From assembly GCA_001567515.1 (NCBI GenBank), contig LLEV01000006.1:69039-133038 (forward strand): DNA of 64,000 bases, read 5' to 3'. Positions 1-9,388 of this stretch are shown here, one piece after another (within the stretch, counting starts at the first letter, position 1; the number at the start of each line of letters is the position of its first letter). The notes below the pieces were generated by a model. That model was not told the origin of the DNA. It was given only the letters and a program-made list of their open reading frames with translations, and did not search any database. The position numbers were made by a program, and so were the translations under genes. The stretch comes from Microgenomates bacterium OLB22 (GTDB lineage: Bacteria; Patescibacteriota; Microgenomatia; UBA1406; HO2-37-13b).

Positions 1-510
1 AAAAGTTCCGTTGTGCCTATCTCAGTAACAAGTCCTTCTCCTGAGCCTACATCATCTGTGCTTGAAAACACTGCCTCAGTTAGGGGAGCCAGAGGTATCT
101 TCACTGTCCAGATAGATACCGTCAAACGATATACAGTCGGAAGCACCATTGACGTCTATGTATATGCAAATTCGCAAGATGAGATCGTAAAGGGCTTTGA
201 TGTAGTACTTTTGTATAGTCCCTCAGTAAGTTTAGTGCGGACAGAAGGGTTGCTATCAAACTTCGACTATCTTAACTATGTAAAGGATCAGACGATATAT
301 GTCACTGGGGCACAAAAGCTACGTATTAATGATGTTTCGGTGTTGAAAAATGAAGCTATCGTGAAATACACCTTTACCGCTCTAACAAAAGGTATTGCAT
401 CATTTAAAATACTTCATAGACAAGGACTTATAACTGACTCTAATATGACAGGAAGCCAGAACATCGATCTGCTAAGTACTGTTACCAATGCACAGATCAC
501 CATAGAGTAA
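1..510 (+). CDS. Cohesin-domain surface protein, 5'-partial (frame open to the window edge)
   Basis: Track ORF 13..510 stays open in frame back to nt 1. The beta-rich module 'TIDVYVYANSQDEIVKGFDVVLLYSPSVSLV...AIVKYTFTALTKGIASFKI' follows the cohesin-type pattern also seen in the next ORF. Confidence 0.55.
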   Translation, partial: KSSVVPISVTSPSPEPTSSVLENTASVRGARGIFTVQIDTVKRYTVGSTIDVYVYANSQDEIVKGFDVVLLYSPSVSLVRTEGLLSNFDYLNYVKDQTIYVTGAQKLRINDVSVLKNEAIVKYTFTALTKGIASFKILHRQGLITDSNMTGSQNIDLLSTVTNAQITIE

Positions 511-1295
511 TGAAAGTAGAAACAAATCAAATGACTGTGTATACTGTTTTTATATCTATGCTAAGGACAAGTAGTTCACTCTGTATTCTCATTCTTTTTG
601 TTATGTTTTTTGTACCTGTGAAAGCATTTGCGGTAGCCTCTCTTGGTCTTGATCCAGAGACCATCAGTACCACAGCTGGGCAGGAGATCAGTGTTGGAGT
701 GATCGTTGATGCCGGGACTGATCAAATCCTAGGAACTGATGTCAAATTGCAATATGATGCATCTATCTTACAAATTGTGAATATATCTGATGGTACATAT
801 CTTCCAATTGGTAAAAAACTTACCAATGAGCCCGGGATGATCTATATTGCCGGTATAGTTGAGTCAGCGGGACAAACTAAAACCGGGAAGGGGACGCTTG
901 CAACTGTCAAATTCAAAGCTCTCAAAAATGGGAGTGTTACCCTATCTTTTCTTTGTCAGGAAAATCAGACAGCTGGAGATTCAAACATCGTCAACAACGA
1001 CGTAAGCCCAAAAGACATAATTAGTTGTTCTGATAATGGGAGCTCTGTGGTGACAGTTGGGACAGGAGGGGCTATAGCGACACCAGTGCCCACATCTGCC
1101 TCTAGTGGCAGTGGTAGCGGAGGCGGATCATCTAGCTCGTCTGGATCTTCGAGTTCAGGTGGGACTGGTGGTAGTGACGACGACTTGCCAGACGAACTGC
1201 CTCGTTCAGGTCTTGCTACACAGTTGTTATTCGTTGGTATCCCTGGCCTATTACTAGTGTTAGCGGGTATGTTGGCCCGTAGGTTTTTAGTGTAA
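510..1295 (+). CDS. Cohesin-domain protein with signal peptide and C-terminal LPRSG-TM-RR sorting signal
   Basis: N-terminal hydrophobic segment ends in 'VKAFA-VAS'. Cohesin-like core 'ISVGVIVDAGTDQILGTDVKLQYDASILQIV...GTLATVKFKALKNGSVTLSF'. A Gly/Ser linker is followed by 'LPRSG' (1197-1211), a hydrophobic helix and 'ARRFLV'. Confidence 0.65.
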   Translation: MKVETNQMTVYTVFISMLRTSSSLCILILFVMFFVPVKAFAVASLGLDPETISTTAGQEISVGVIVDAGTDQILGTDVKLQYDASILQIVNISDGTYLPIGKKLTNEPGMIYIAGIVESAGQTKTGKGTLATVKFKALKNGSVTLSFLCQENQTAGDSNIVNNDVSPKDIISCSDNGSSVVTVGTGGAIATPVPTSASSGSGSGGGSSSSSGSSSSGGTGGSDDDLPDELPRSGLATQLLFVGIPGLLLVLAGMLARRFLV

Positions 1296-1305
1296 GATCT
1301 TTTCT

Positions 1306-1920
1306 ATGTACATCACGAAAGAAAAAGTACTCAAATGGTCAGCTATTGCTCTTGGAGTAATTTTAGCGGGGTTACTACTGTGGCTTGTTTTTCAATATAT
1401 CCAGAGGTCCAGAGCCTCAAATCTCACTGCTGCTGATGTAAAGATTTCTGATATCACCAGCAACTCGTTTACTGTGTGCTATCAAACAACTAGTGGTCTT
1501 ACCCCTGTCGTCAAATATGGCACAGACCCGGCAAATCTCAACTTACTTGCCCCGCCAACCTCAGTGGTTGACGTGGACGGAGGAGAGTCACTTTATTGTC
1601 ATAAGGTCTTCCCATTAGTTGGACCCACGTATCATGCAATTGTCCAATTGAGCCCGGATAATGAAGTGGATAATGCAGGGACACCATTTATGATAAACCT
1701 GCTTTCAGGTTCAGCGCAGCCACCTGTCCCAACATCAGCAGTAGCAGTTTCTCCAACTACGCTTTTGATTCCTACGAGTGCAGCAGCTCCTACTACTGTT
1801 GCGCCGACCGTTGACTTTAAGTTGTGCTGTCCTGTGGACGCAAATAGCGATGGTCAAGTAGTGGATATACCTTCTGGATGCACTGCATTTGATGCGATCC
1901 GTTGTAAACAGTCAAAGTAG
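1306..1920 (+). CDS. N-terminally anchored FN3-like surface protein with Cys-rich C-terminal tail
   Basis: One TM helix is followed by 'QRSRAS'. 'SDITSNSFTVCYQTTSGLTPVVKYGTDPANL' is FN3-like. A Pro/Thr/Ala linker precedes the tail 'CCPVDANSDGQVVDIPSGCTAFDAIRC'. Confidence 0.5.
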   Translation: MYITKEKVLKWSAIALGVILAGLLLWLVFQYIQRSRASNLTAADVKISDITSNSFTVCYQTTSGLTPVVKYGTDPANLNLLAPPTSVVDVDGGESLYCHKVFPLVGPTYHAIVQLSPDNEVDNAGTPFMINLLSGSAQPPVPTSAVAVSPTTLLIPTSAAAPTTVAPTVDFKLCCPVDANSDGQVVDIPSGCTAFDAIRCKQSK

Positions 1921-1930
1921 TAGCTTTCTA

Positions 1931-2548
1931 TTATCCACCAATCAGGATCCCTACTGTCTTTTGAATAAGAGGTACAATATAGAGCTCTAGCATGCTTTTT
2001 GAGCCTGTCAAAGGAAGCATGAAGAACAGGAGAAACCATATACCATATCTCTCTAGCTTTATCCATTCTGAAGCCTGATCTTTGGAGAGAAGCCCTAGTA
2101 CTACTTTAAATCCATCCAGTGGGGCAAATGGAAGCAGATTAAAAATCGCTAACATCACGTTTACGTAGATGAGTAGCCCCAGAAAGGCTGAAAACATCCC
2201 AAATGGAACTAGACGTATGATAAGTGCAGCTAATATAGCACAAGCGATATTGGTCATCGGACCTGCCGCGGCAACAAGAGCACCATCTCTTCGAGGGTGT
2301 GAGAAGTTATACGGGTCAAAGGGGACTGGCTTAGCCCATCCAAACCCAACTAAGAGAAATAGTAACGATCCCCAGGGGTCTAAATGAGCACGTGGGTCTA
2401 GTGTTAGCCTACCATATGCCTCAGGAGTAGGATCGCCGAGTGAGTCAGCAGCTTTTGCATGCGCAAACTCGTGTATAGTAACAGCAATGATAAAACAGAC
2501 GATAGCTATGAGTGCACTTAGTGGATTGGAAAATAGTTGGGTCAACAT
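1931..2548 (-). CDS. Site-2 protease family (peptidase M50) zinc metalloprotease
   Basis: Multi-pass membrane protein with the HExxH motif 'HEFAHA' and 'LDPRAHLDPWGSL...NLLPFAPLDG', typical of small M50 proteases. Confidence 0.75.
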   Translation of the reverse strand: MLTQLFSNPLSALIAIVCFIIAVTIHEFAHAKAADSLGDPTPEAYGRLTLDPRAHLDPWGSLLFLLVGFGWAKPVPFDPYNFSHPRRDGALVAAAGPMTNIACAILAALIIRLVPFGMFSAFLGLLIYVNVMLAIFNLLPFAPLDGFKVVLGLLSKDQASEWIKLERYGIWFLLFFMLPLTGSKSMLELYIVPLIQKTVGILIGG

Positions 2549-2618
2549 GGTATGTTCTGTTGCAACGATTAGTACTCTATGATATCATACATACGTTATA
2601 GACCAAAATTCTTGAGTT

Positions 2619-2918
2619 ATGGCAGCAATATGTCTCATCTGCGGTAAAGGTAGCATGTATGGGCGTTCACATACTCACCGTAAAGGTGTGGCTGGTGGAC
2701 GTTGGAAAAAACGTGCCCAAAAAACACCCCGTATATTTAAAGCAAATCTTCAAAATGCAGCCGTTGATCTCGGAGGATTTAGAACGCGAGTAAGACTTTG
2801 TACCAAATGTATCAAGCGTATTAAGAAGGATGTTGCAGATGGTAAAACTCCAAAACTCAACCTGGTCTCTCTTCAAGTAAAGCCAGCGGATGCTGTCCTG
2901 GTAGCTGCTACAGCCTAA
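2619..2918 (+). CDS. rpmB: 50S ribosomal protein L28 (with C-terminal extension)
   Basis: 'CLICGKGSMYGRSHTHRKGVAGGRWKKRAQKTPRIFKANLQ' matches the L28 core (Cys-x2-Cys, then basic residues and '..F.PNLQ'). Confidence 0.8.
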   Translation: MAAICLICGKGSMYGRSHTHRKGVAGGRWKKRAQKTPRIFKANLQNAAVDLGGFRTRVRLCTKCIKRIKKDVADGKTPKLNLVSLQVKPADAVLVAATA

Positions 2919-2964
2919 AGGCCTATTCGTATCCTGCCTTTACACTCGTTTTATCATCCATATT

Positions 2965-3088
2965 TCAGAACTGGAGCTCCGCAGTTACAGTTCGTAGAAC
3001 CTCACTCCAGTGGGCCCCCTGGCATATTGCATGCCACACCCCACTTGCGTTTGGTAACGAACTGTACACTACTTTCGCTAGGTTCTGA
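2965..3088 (+). repeat. Family-1 structured repeat, copy 1 (candidate ncRNA or MITE-like element)
   Basis: The element is closed by TCAGAAC...GTTCTGA. It contains a 9-bp long-range helix (2987-2995 with 3057-3065) and the hairpin TGGCAT-ATTGC-ATGCCA (3020-3036). Homologous copies lie at 7072-7221 and 10938-11088. Confidence 0.85.
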
Positions 3089-3103
3089 AAAATAGATGAC
3101 TGG

Positions 3104-3126
3104 GGACTAAAAAGTTAGTCCTTTTT
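3104..3126 (+). terminator. Rho-independent terminator after rpmB and repeat copy 1
   Basis: Stem GGACTAA/TTAGTCC with loop AAAG, followed by TTTTT (3122-3126). Confidence 0.6.
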
Positions 3127-3160
3127 GGTCACTTTTGACTTCTAACTTCTGACTGTTTAC

Positions 3161-3682
3161 CTATATTTTATATTCCTCCAATTCTCCATCTTTCTCTATA
3201 TACAATCTTCCATGTTGTTCCATGATTCGTTGGGTGAAGAGGATTCCATTGAGGTGATCTACTTCATGCTGGATGATGATAGCCTTAAATCCACTAAACC
3301 ATTCTTCACGCTGCATCCCATGCTCATCCTGCCACACTAAACGAACCTTTTCTGATCTACGAACAGGGCCCCACAGTCGAGGGATAGAGAGACAGCCTTC
3401 TAAACGAGTCTCTTTCGATTTGGAGACGTGGGATATTTCTGATTGTTCGACTATCTCGGGATTTATAAAGACCTCAATTGGGGCTTGCTTTGTTGGCATC
3501 ATGATAAAGATTCGTTTTGCTACTCCTACCTGGGTTGCTGCAAGGCCGACCCCCTCAGGATCTTTGTGAGCTACTAGAGCTTTTTTCATCTCTGAGATGA
3601 GTGTGTGGATCTTCTTATCTATCCTCCCGACGGTAGCGGCCGGTGTGGTGAGCACTTCATGTGGCGTATGTATGATATTCAC
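3161..3682 (-). CDS. def: Peptide deformylase
   Basis: All three PDF motifs are present: 'GVGLAATQVG', 'EGCLSIP' and 'HEVDHL'. Confidence 0.9.
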   Translation of the reverse strand: MNIIHTPHEVLTTPAATVGRIDKKIHTLISEMKKALVAHKDPEGVGLAATQVGVAKRIFIMMPTKQAPIEVFINPEIVEQSEISHVSKSKETRLEGCLSIPRLWGPVRRSEKVRLVWQDEHGMQREEWFSGFKAIIIQHEVDHLNGILFTQRIMEQHGRLYIEKDGELEEYKI

Positions 3683-3699
3683 GTTTGGTTCAAAATAAG

Positions 3700-6600
3700 T
3701 TAGTGACGCGAGCTGGTCGTATTTTTATGCTGATATTGTATCACAAAGATCATAAGAGCAACCCAAAAGGCATACCCAATGTACTGTAGGTATTGAGGCA
3801 TGAAGACTATCATGACGTTGGTGCTATCTAATTTTTCTGCAGTAGGGAGCTTCCATGCATTTGCCCATCCTTGTGCTTTGAAATGGGAGAGCTTTTCCCC
3901 CAGGAAGGGAAAAAGGAGGTGGTGAGCTTTCTTTTCAGTGAAGAGAAATGCTTGCCAACCCGGATCAAATGATTGTGGTAAGGTAATGTAAGAGTCATCG
4001 CCATAAATAAGCGGATAAGTCCGATACAGCCAACTATCTAGTCTCTCAGGCCTTTCAAGGGCGACGATCCCGCCTGATGTATGCTCTTTAGTGAGTTTTA
4101 ACCCTGTTATCAAACGATAGGGAAAAGGATGAAGTGAGAGACCCTTTACTAGAGCCCTACTCAACTCACCATTGAATGATTTTCCAACGATATGAAAGCC
4201 ATATCCTTCAAAAAAGTCCTGAGTAGGAGGTATGACGATGACGTGTGTCCCACTCTCATTGAGTCGCACATCTATTTCTGCTCTTTTTTCAAAGGGATTA
4301 TCTACATAGAAGGTGACAGGAAGCCCACCAGACTCTTTCTCCAGAGAAATAAGAGCTACATACGCCTGATTGTGGGCTAGAGGTTCGAGGTACCAAGCAG
4401 TATCGATCGATCCACAGCGGGCTTGGATCTGAAGCCCTTTCATTGTCTCAGTGGCTGATGCGGTCCGATCTCTGCATGGGCTAATCAAACTCGAAGTATC
4501 AGCATAGCTTTTTAGCCCAGGCTTACTAGTCAGTATGTCTGAGTCGTATGAAAGGGAAGCAGCAAGCGGGACAGTCACAGAAATTTCTTTTATCCCCTCT
4601 GCAATTGGTAATTCGGGAAGGGCGATTGATGGAGACAATGAGAACGCAGCTGAATCACTGACGGCCCCAGTCGAATCTACAACTTGTATAAGATGCTCCT
4701 TACTATCTAGTGCATAGATCTTATCTAGAAGAGCCGGTGTGCCATCAATAACTATGGAAGCATAATCTTCAACACTAGTTATCAGTGTAGAGGTCGTTGG
4801 GCTGTTCGATAGCGCCTTTTCATTGATTTGTATCTGGAGCGGTATTGTTTCCATCTGTAGCTCATCTCCGCTTCGAGCAAATCTGACATAGCTAGTGCGC
4901 TCTACCTCTGGTAACACAAAGGAGTATCCAGAGGACAAGGGAGGATTAAAAGTATGTGAAAATATGATGCCATCTTTGCTTATCTGAGAAGTCCATCCTT
5001 TTTTCTTTCTTTTTCGCTATATAGTCCGGGGAAAGGAATCACAGTGGAAGGATCATTGGTGGTGATGGAGTAAGAGATCTCAGGTGGGGCTTGATAATAG
5101 AGATCTTCACCAAGCCGGACTTGTATTGGCTTTTCAAATGCGTTAGGCCAATCAGAGGAAGGGACTTTCTGATATACCACCAGTGGAGTTGCCTCAAATG
5201 ACTTGATCAGTGATGGGATTTTTTCAAAAAATCGATAGAGTCGGTCGGTAGATATATTCTTTTCACTTAGTACGTTAATCGTGGACTCATCGATCAGTAA
5301 GTATGAGACATCATATCTAGTGAGTAGTGACTCAAACGCTGCAGCATCTTCACTCCGGATAGCATAGGCCGCCTCATTGTAAAATTGTTCGTTTTGACGA
5401 CTCCAGGGGTCAAATGCACGCAGTAGTATGGGCTGAGGTAGTCCATACCAGAGAAATCCAGAGCCTCGATAACCCCAATTACGGAACTCCCAGTTCCAGT
5501 AGGTATGGGCAGGCAGTGCCATGATCCGTTGATGAGGGGGCTGATCATTGAAAAAAACGCATTACATTGCGGTAGCCATCAGGTAGCTTCACACGTACAG
5601 CAGGTGAGACAAAATTGCCACTAAAAGCCGGGATAAAAAGTAGGATAGTGATAGCGATTACTACGGTGATGAACCACCGTGATACGAGGCCCATTTCTTT
5701 TAGTAGTACTTTTACCTGGGTCAAGCCATAAGCAAGAAAAAGTGTGTAGGCAAAAATAAAGGCAGTTATACACTTGGTGAAGGGTATGCGATAGGCTTCA
5801 GCAAAAAAGGGGAGGACCTGCCGAGAGAGGGAGAGGACCGGTTTCCCTAGGAAGGAGTTGTTAGCAAGCAATACGCCTGTGAGTAAAAAGCCAATGAGAA
5901 GGGCGACGCCAATAGGGCGTGTTGGTCTATGTCTGAGGCTGTAGAAAAGACCAAAAAAAACGAGAACGATGATCACAGCTATCAGGGTCTTTCCAAGTGT
6001 ACTATTTCTAGTTGTTCTCCATGCTTGCATAAGTGTGATGTTTTGTTGCAAGCGGGCATCATATTCGATGGTATCGAACATGTATCCCTCGAGCTTTAGG
6101 ACTGAGAGGGCTGATCCCCGAGCCATATTTCGGGCGTAGAGCTCGTCTGAGGAAAATTCGTTGATTCGGGCCTGCTGGATGACTGGTCCTTTAGTGGGGA
6201 CATTGAGAAAAAAGGGAAGAGCCCAGGCGCTGTGGACAGTGGTATAGATTGCGCAGAGTAAGAGAAGTCCATGATACTTTTTTTGCCCGATACTGATAGC
6301 TACCCAGAAGAGGCCCAAGATGATTGATTGGACAATAAATAGGGTTGGGACAAAGCCACTAGCAAGCGTCAGGAAGGAAGAGAGGGTGAAGAATACTAGA
6401 TTCTTTTTTGATTGCTCACGGATGAAGCGGAGTCCCGTATAGGCAAGAAGTGGCATAGCCACATGGTGATAAGTAAATACTTCTAGTGGTGCTATAAATT
6501 GCTGTATTGTCCCGATATTTGTCATATACCAGAGCCCTGCGATGATAGATATAGGTCTGGAAAGTTTTAGTGCAGCAGCTAGTCTATACATGAAGTAGCC

Positions 6601-6978
6601 ACCGAGTGTCCAGAGTGAAAAGGTGATTACATAGCGGACAAGCGAGTCGGGGAGGACTAACGTGAGTAGCCAAGTGATGAGGACGTGGCTTAGTGTAGCT
6701 CCGTGCGCGAGGCCATCATAGGTCCCTAGTCCTCGATAATCCTGCCATACAGAGGAAAAGGCTCTTTGTAGGTTGAGTAATGGATTGAACTCAGGAGCGA
6801 TAGTGTCCCATCCTAATAAATGAGTTCCAAAAGTGTAGTTGGTGAGGAAGGTGATGAGGCCGAGAGCAAGGAAGATGATAAAAGGGCGATCTGCAATAAA
6901 GCGCCCCATCCGACCTATCCATCTCATGGGTTTATTATAGTTGAAAGATGGGGAGTTGGTTAAATTGGTTTTTGTCAT
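3700..6978 (-). pseudogene. Large GT-C-type membrane glycosyltransferase-like protein (about 1090 aa) split into three ORFs by two homopolymer indels
   Basis: 5545..6978 encodes about 12 TM helices. 4980..5522 ('YDVSYLLIDE') and 3700..4938 (final TM helix) continue it. Removing one A from the A7 run at 5551-5557 joins pieces 1 and 2. Adding one T to the T6 run at 4999-5004 joins pieces 2 and 3. The family assignment (AftD/DUF3367-like or related) is tentative. Confidence 0.55.
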
Positions 6979-6997
6979 CCTGAACTCGATTCAGGAT
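6977..6997. repeat. Perfect 8-bp palindromic hairpin (ATCCTGAA-CTCGA-TTCAGGAT), half-copy of the 'TGTCATCC' repeat type
   Basis: The stem and its reverse complement read directly from the sequence. It abuts and overlaps the ATG (6976-6978, minus strand) of the GT-C gene. Confidence 0.8.
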
Positions 6998-7071
6998 CTA
7001 AGAAACAAAACCCTGACGTCTTATTCGTTTCATTTAAGTCCCTTTTTAAGTGAAGTAATTACATTTTTGTT

Positions 7072-7221
7072 CCCACCCTATTTGTCAGAACTGGAGCTTC
7101 GCGGTTACAGTTCGTAAAGCCTCACTGCGCCAGGGATCCCTGGCATATGGCATGCCACACCCTAGCTGCGTTTGGCAACGCACTGTATACTACTTTCGCT
7201 AGGTTCTGAAAATAGGGTGGG
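7072..7221 (+). repeat. Family-1 structured repeat, copy 2
   Basis: Extended terminal stem CCCACCCTATTTGTCAGAAC / GTTCTGAAAATAGGGTGGG, inner helix 7107-7115 with 7178-7186, and hairpin CCAGGG-AT-CCCTGG. Confidence 0.85.
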
Positions 7222-7249
7222 AGATGCTAAAACTTTTGACTTTCACCTT

Positions 7250-7867
7250 CTAACTTTTGAGTTCTATCGTTTCAAAGACGTGCCCCAATACGATTCCAGC
7301 TGCCACGATGACATTGAGCGAAGTATTCACCCCATGCATGGGGATGACTCCATGAGCATCGCAGAGAGATAGAGCTTCGTCACTGACCCCAAAAGTCTCA
7401 TTACCCACAATGAGCGCCAATGGTGTTTTATAGGTAATAGTACTGTAGGTAACAGCCTTTTTAGTCTGTTCTATTGCGATGATTTGGAGATCTCTGTGCA
7501 TATTTTTTAGATTGTTAATCGAATCAGATACCGTAGTGTAGTATTCCCAAGGTACGATCTTGTAGGTCCCTATAGATGCCTTTGCTATACGTGAGTTAGG
7601 AGGAATTTCCATATCACCACATAACAATAGTCCGCTTAGAGCAAACGCTTCGGCAAGTCGGAACAGCCCTCCTATGTTATAAGTGTCATATACATTTTCT
7701 GCGATCAGATAGATAGGAAACCTCTTCTTAGGCTTTATGGCAGTACCTGGGTCTAAGAGTCGCAGTTGCTGTGCTACCAATTTTTTCCTCCATGAAGCCT
7801 TTGCTGTATTAGCTAACCAAACGCCAGACAATGAGTGCCGATATCCAGCCAATAAAACTTCCGACAA
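7250..7867 (-). CDS. SpoU/TrmH-family RNA 2'-O-methyltransferase
   Basis: 'NIGGLFRLAEAF' and 'LIVGNETFGVS...IPMHGVNTSLNVIVAAGIVL' are SPOUT-family motifs. The 5' end overlaps the next gene by 59 nt, so the true start is uncertain. Confidence 0.75.
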   Translation of the reverse strand: MSEVLLAGYRHSLSGVWLANTAKASWRKKLVAQQLRLLDPGTAIKPKKRFPIYLIAENVYDTYNIGGLFRLAEAFALSGLLLCGDMEIPPNSRIAKASIGTYKIVPWEYYTTVSDSINNLKNMHRDLQIIAIEQTKKAVTYSTITYKTPLALIVGNETFGVSDEALSLCDAHGVIPMHGVNTSLNVIVAAGIVLGHVFETIELKS

Positions 7868-8474
7868 CTACGTCACTGACATAGTGAAATCCGAGGTAGA
7901 TGCGCGAAAACGCAATAAGACTAGCGATCACATAACTCAAAACCGCATGGCGAGGATCCTGCTTTGCTATAGCTGTTGCGGCTGCAAAGGCAAGCGTTGA
8001 GTGACCGGAGGGAAAAGCAAAGTCAGTAGGATAGCCACCACAGAAGTACTTGAGTATTGGATGGGTGGAAAGACTATTGAAAAAGGTTAGGACATCAGTA
8101 GTTGGTGACCCGAGGAGTGGTCGTGGACGTTGGAAGAAGAGTTTAAGTCCAAGATTAGTGATAATTGCCCCCAGGGTGATAGCCCCCAGAAATGGGATGG
8201 CAAACCCTGGATCATGGCGTACTTGTCTGTAGAAAATGACAAAAAACATCCCCATCCAGATGATCCCAAAGTTACCCGCAAAGGAGAAAAAGAGAAACAC
8301 AAGATCGGTGAACGTATTGTGCGGCAAGGTAAAAATGGCCTTTGTGAGGCCGTAATCAATCTTCTCGAGAGTGTCCATTATCATGCTTGATTGTAAGTAT
8401 ACAAGATTAGCGGTGATTTCAAAACTTATCTTAAGCTGCACTTTCATCAACTGGGTTTTGAGATAGCTTTTCAT
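7809..8474 (-). CDS. PAP2-family (undecaprenyl-diphosphatase-like) membrane phosphatase
   Basis: The acid-phosphatase motifs 'FPSGHSTLAFA' and 'SRIYLGFHYVSDVVVG' lie in a multi-TM protein. Confidence 0.8.
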   Translation of the reverse strand: MKSYLKTQLMKVQLKISFEITANLVYLQSSMIMDTLEKIDYGLTKAIFTLPHNTFTDLVFLFFSFAGNFGIIWMGMFFVIFYRQVRHDPGFAIPFLGAITLGAIITNLGLKLFFQRPRPLLGSPTTDVLTFFNSLSTHPILKYFCGGYPTDFAFPSGHSTLAFAAATAIAKQDPRHAVLSYVIASLIAFSRIYLGFHYVSDVVVGSFIGWISALIVWRLVS

Positions 8475-8489
8475 TTCTGCTATACTTGT

Positions 8490-9149
8490 TTGATGGAAAT
8501 TCGATACCTAGGACACTCAGCATTCCTACTCAAAGGCAAGACTGCTTCATTGATCACTGACCCTTTTGATCCAGATAAGGTGGGACTCCCCTGGCCCAAA
8601 AGTACTTCTGCCTCTATTGTCACTATCTCTCACCACCATACAGATCATAATAGGTCTGATTTGGTAGAGGGAAATCCGCTTGTAATAGATCTTCCTGGTG
8701 AATATGAAAAGAGCGGCATTCGAATAAATGGTATAGAGAGTTTTCATGATGCGGCTAACGGTGCTGAGCGGGGGACGAATACAATTTTTCATATTGAGTA
8801 TGAGGGGCTTACCATTGTGCATTGTGGAGATCTTGGGCACCAACTAGACGATGATACTCTGGAGCAGATAGGGACGGTAGATATTCTGTTGATCCCAGTT
8901 GGAGGTCACTATACCATCGGCCCAGAGGAAGCTGTAAAGGTAGCTCGAGCTATCGATCCTCGGATTATCATCCCTATGCATTACGGACACCCAGATTTGA
9001 AACTTTCAAAAGCAACTGAGCTCAGTAGTGTTCAAGATTTCATTTCGGCTACAGGGACACCTGTTGTAGAGAAGCTCACTAAGTTGGTTGTCAAAAGAGA
9101 AGACCTTGTTGAGGAGCAAGCCAAAGTAGTCATATTAGAGGCAAATTGA
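8490..9149 (+). CDS. MBL-fold metal-dependent hydrolase (UPF0173-like)
   Basis: 'YLGHSAFLL', 'ISHHHTDHN' and 'VHCGDLGH' are metallo-beta-lactamase fold motifs. Confidence 0.75.
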   Translation: MMEIRYLGHSAFLLKGKTASLITDPFDPDKVGLPWPKSTSASIVTISHHHTDHNRSDLVEGNPLVIDLPGEYEKSGIRINGIESFHDAANGAERGTNTIFHIEYEGLTIVHCGDLGHQLDDDTLEQIGTVDILLIPVGGHYTIGPEEAVKVARAIDPRIIIPMHYGHPDLKLSKATELSSVQDFISATGTPVVEKLTKLVVKREDLVEEQAKVVILEAN

Positions 9150-9388
9150 CCAAAATGATAGAGGGCCTATAGAAGGCCCATATATATCGAAATGAACATG
9201 TTTTGTTATCTCCCAGCGTGTACCTGCTATAAGATATAAAAGGGACAGTAAAAAAGCAAGAAAGGTCCATGAGCTTAGATCCTACCTTTAGCCCTACACA
9301 TTATATTATCTTGCCTCAATGTATGGTTTATAGCTTCTTCTTTTCCTTGCAATTTATCTTCCTTTCTGTAGTATTGTGCTACTAACCT

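Noticed and set aside
3080-3095. 'CTGAAAA' in Family-1 as a hammerhead-ribozyme core.
   Set aside because: The CUGAUGA...GAAA core and the three-stem junction are not present.
7172-7372. Track ORFs 7172..7372 and 11013..11210, which share '...LLSLGSENR.GD...'.
   Set aside because: The shared peptide is just the translated Family-1 repeat. There is no independent coding evidence.
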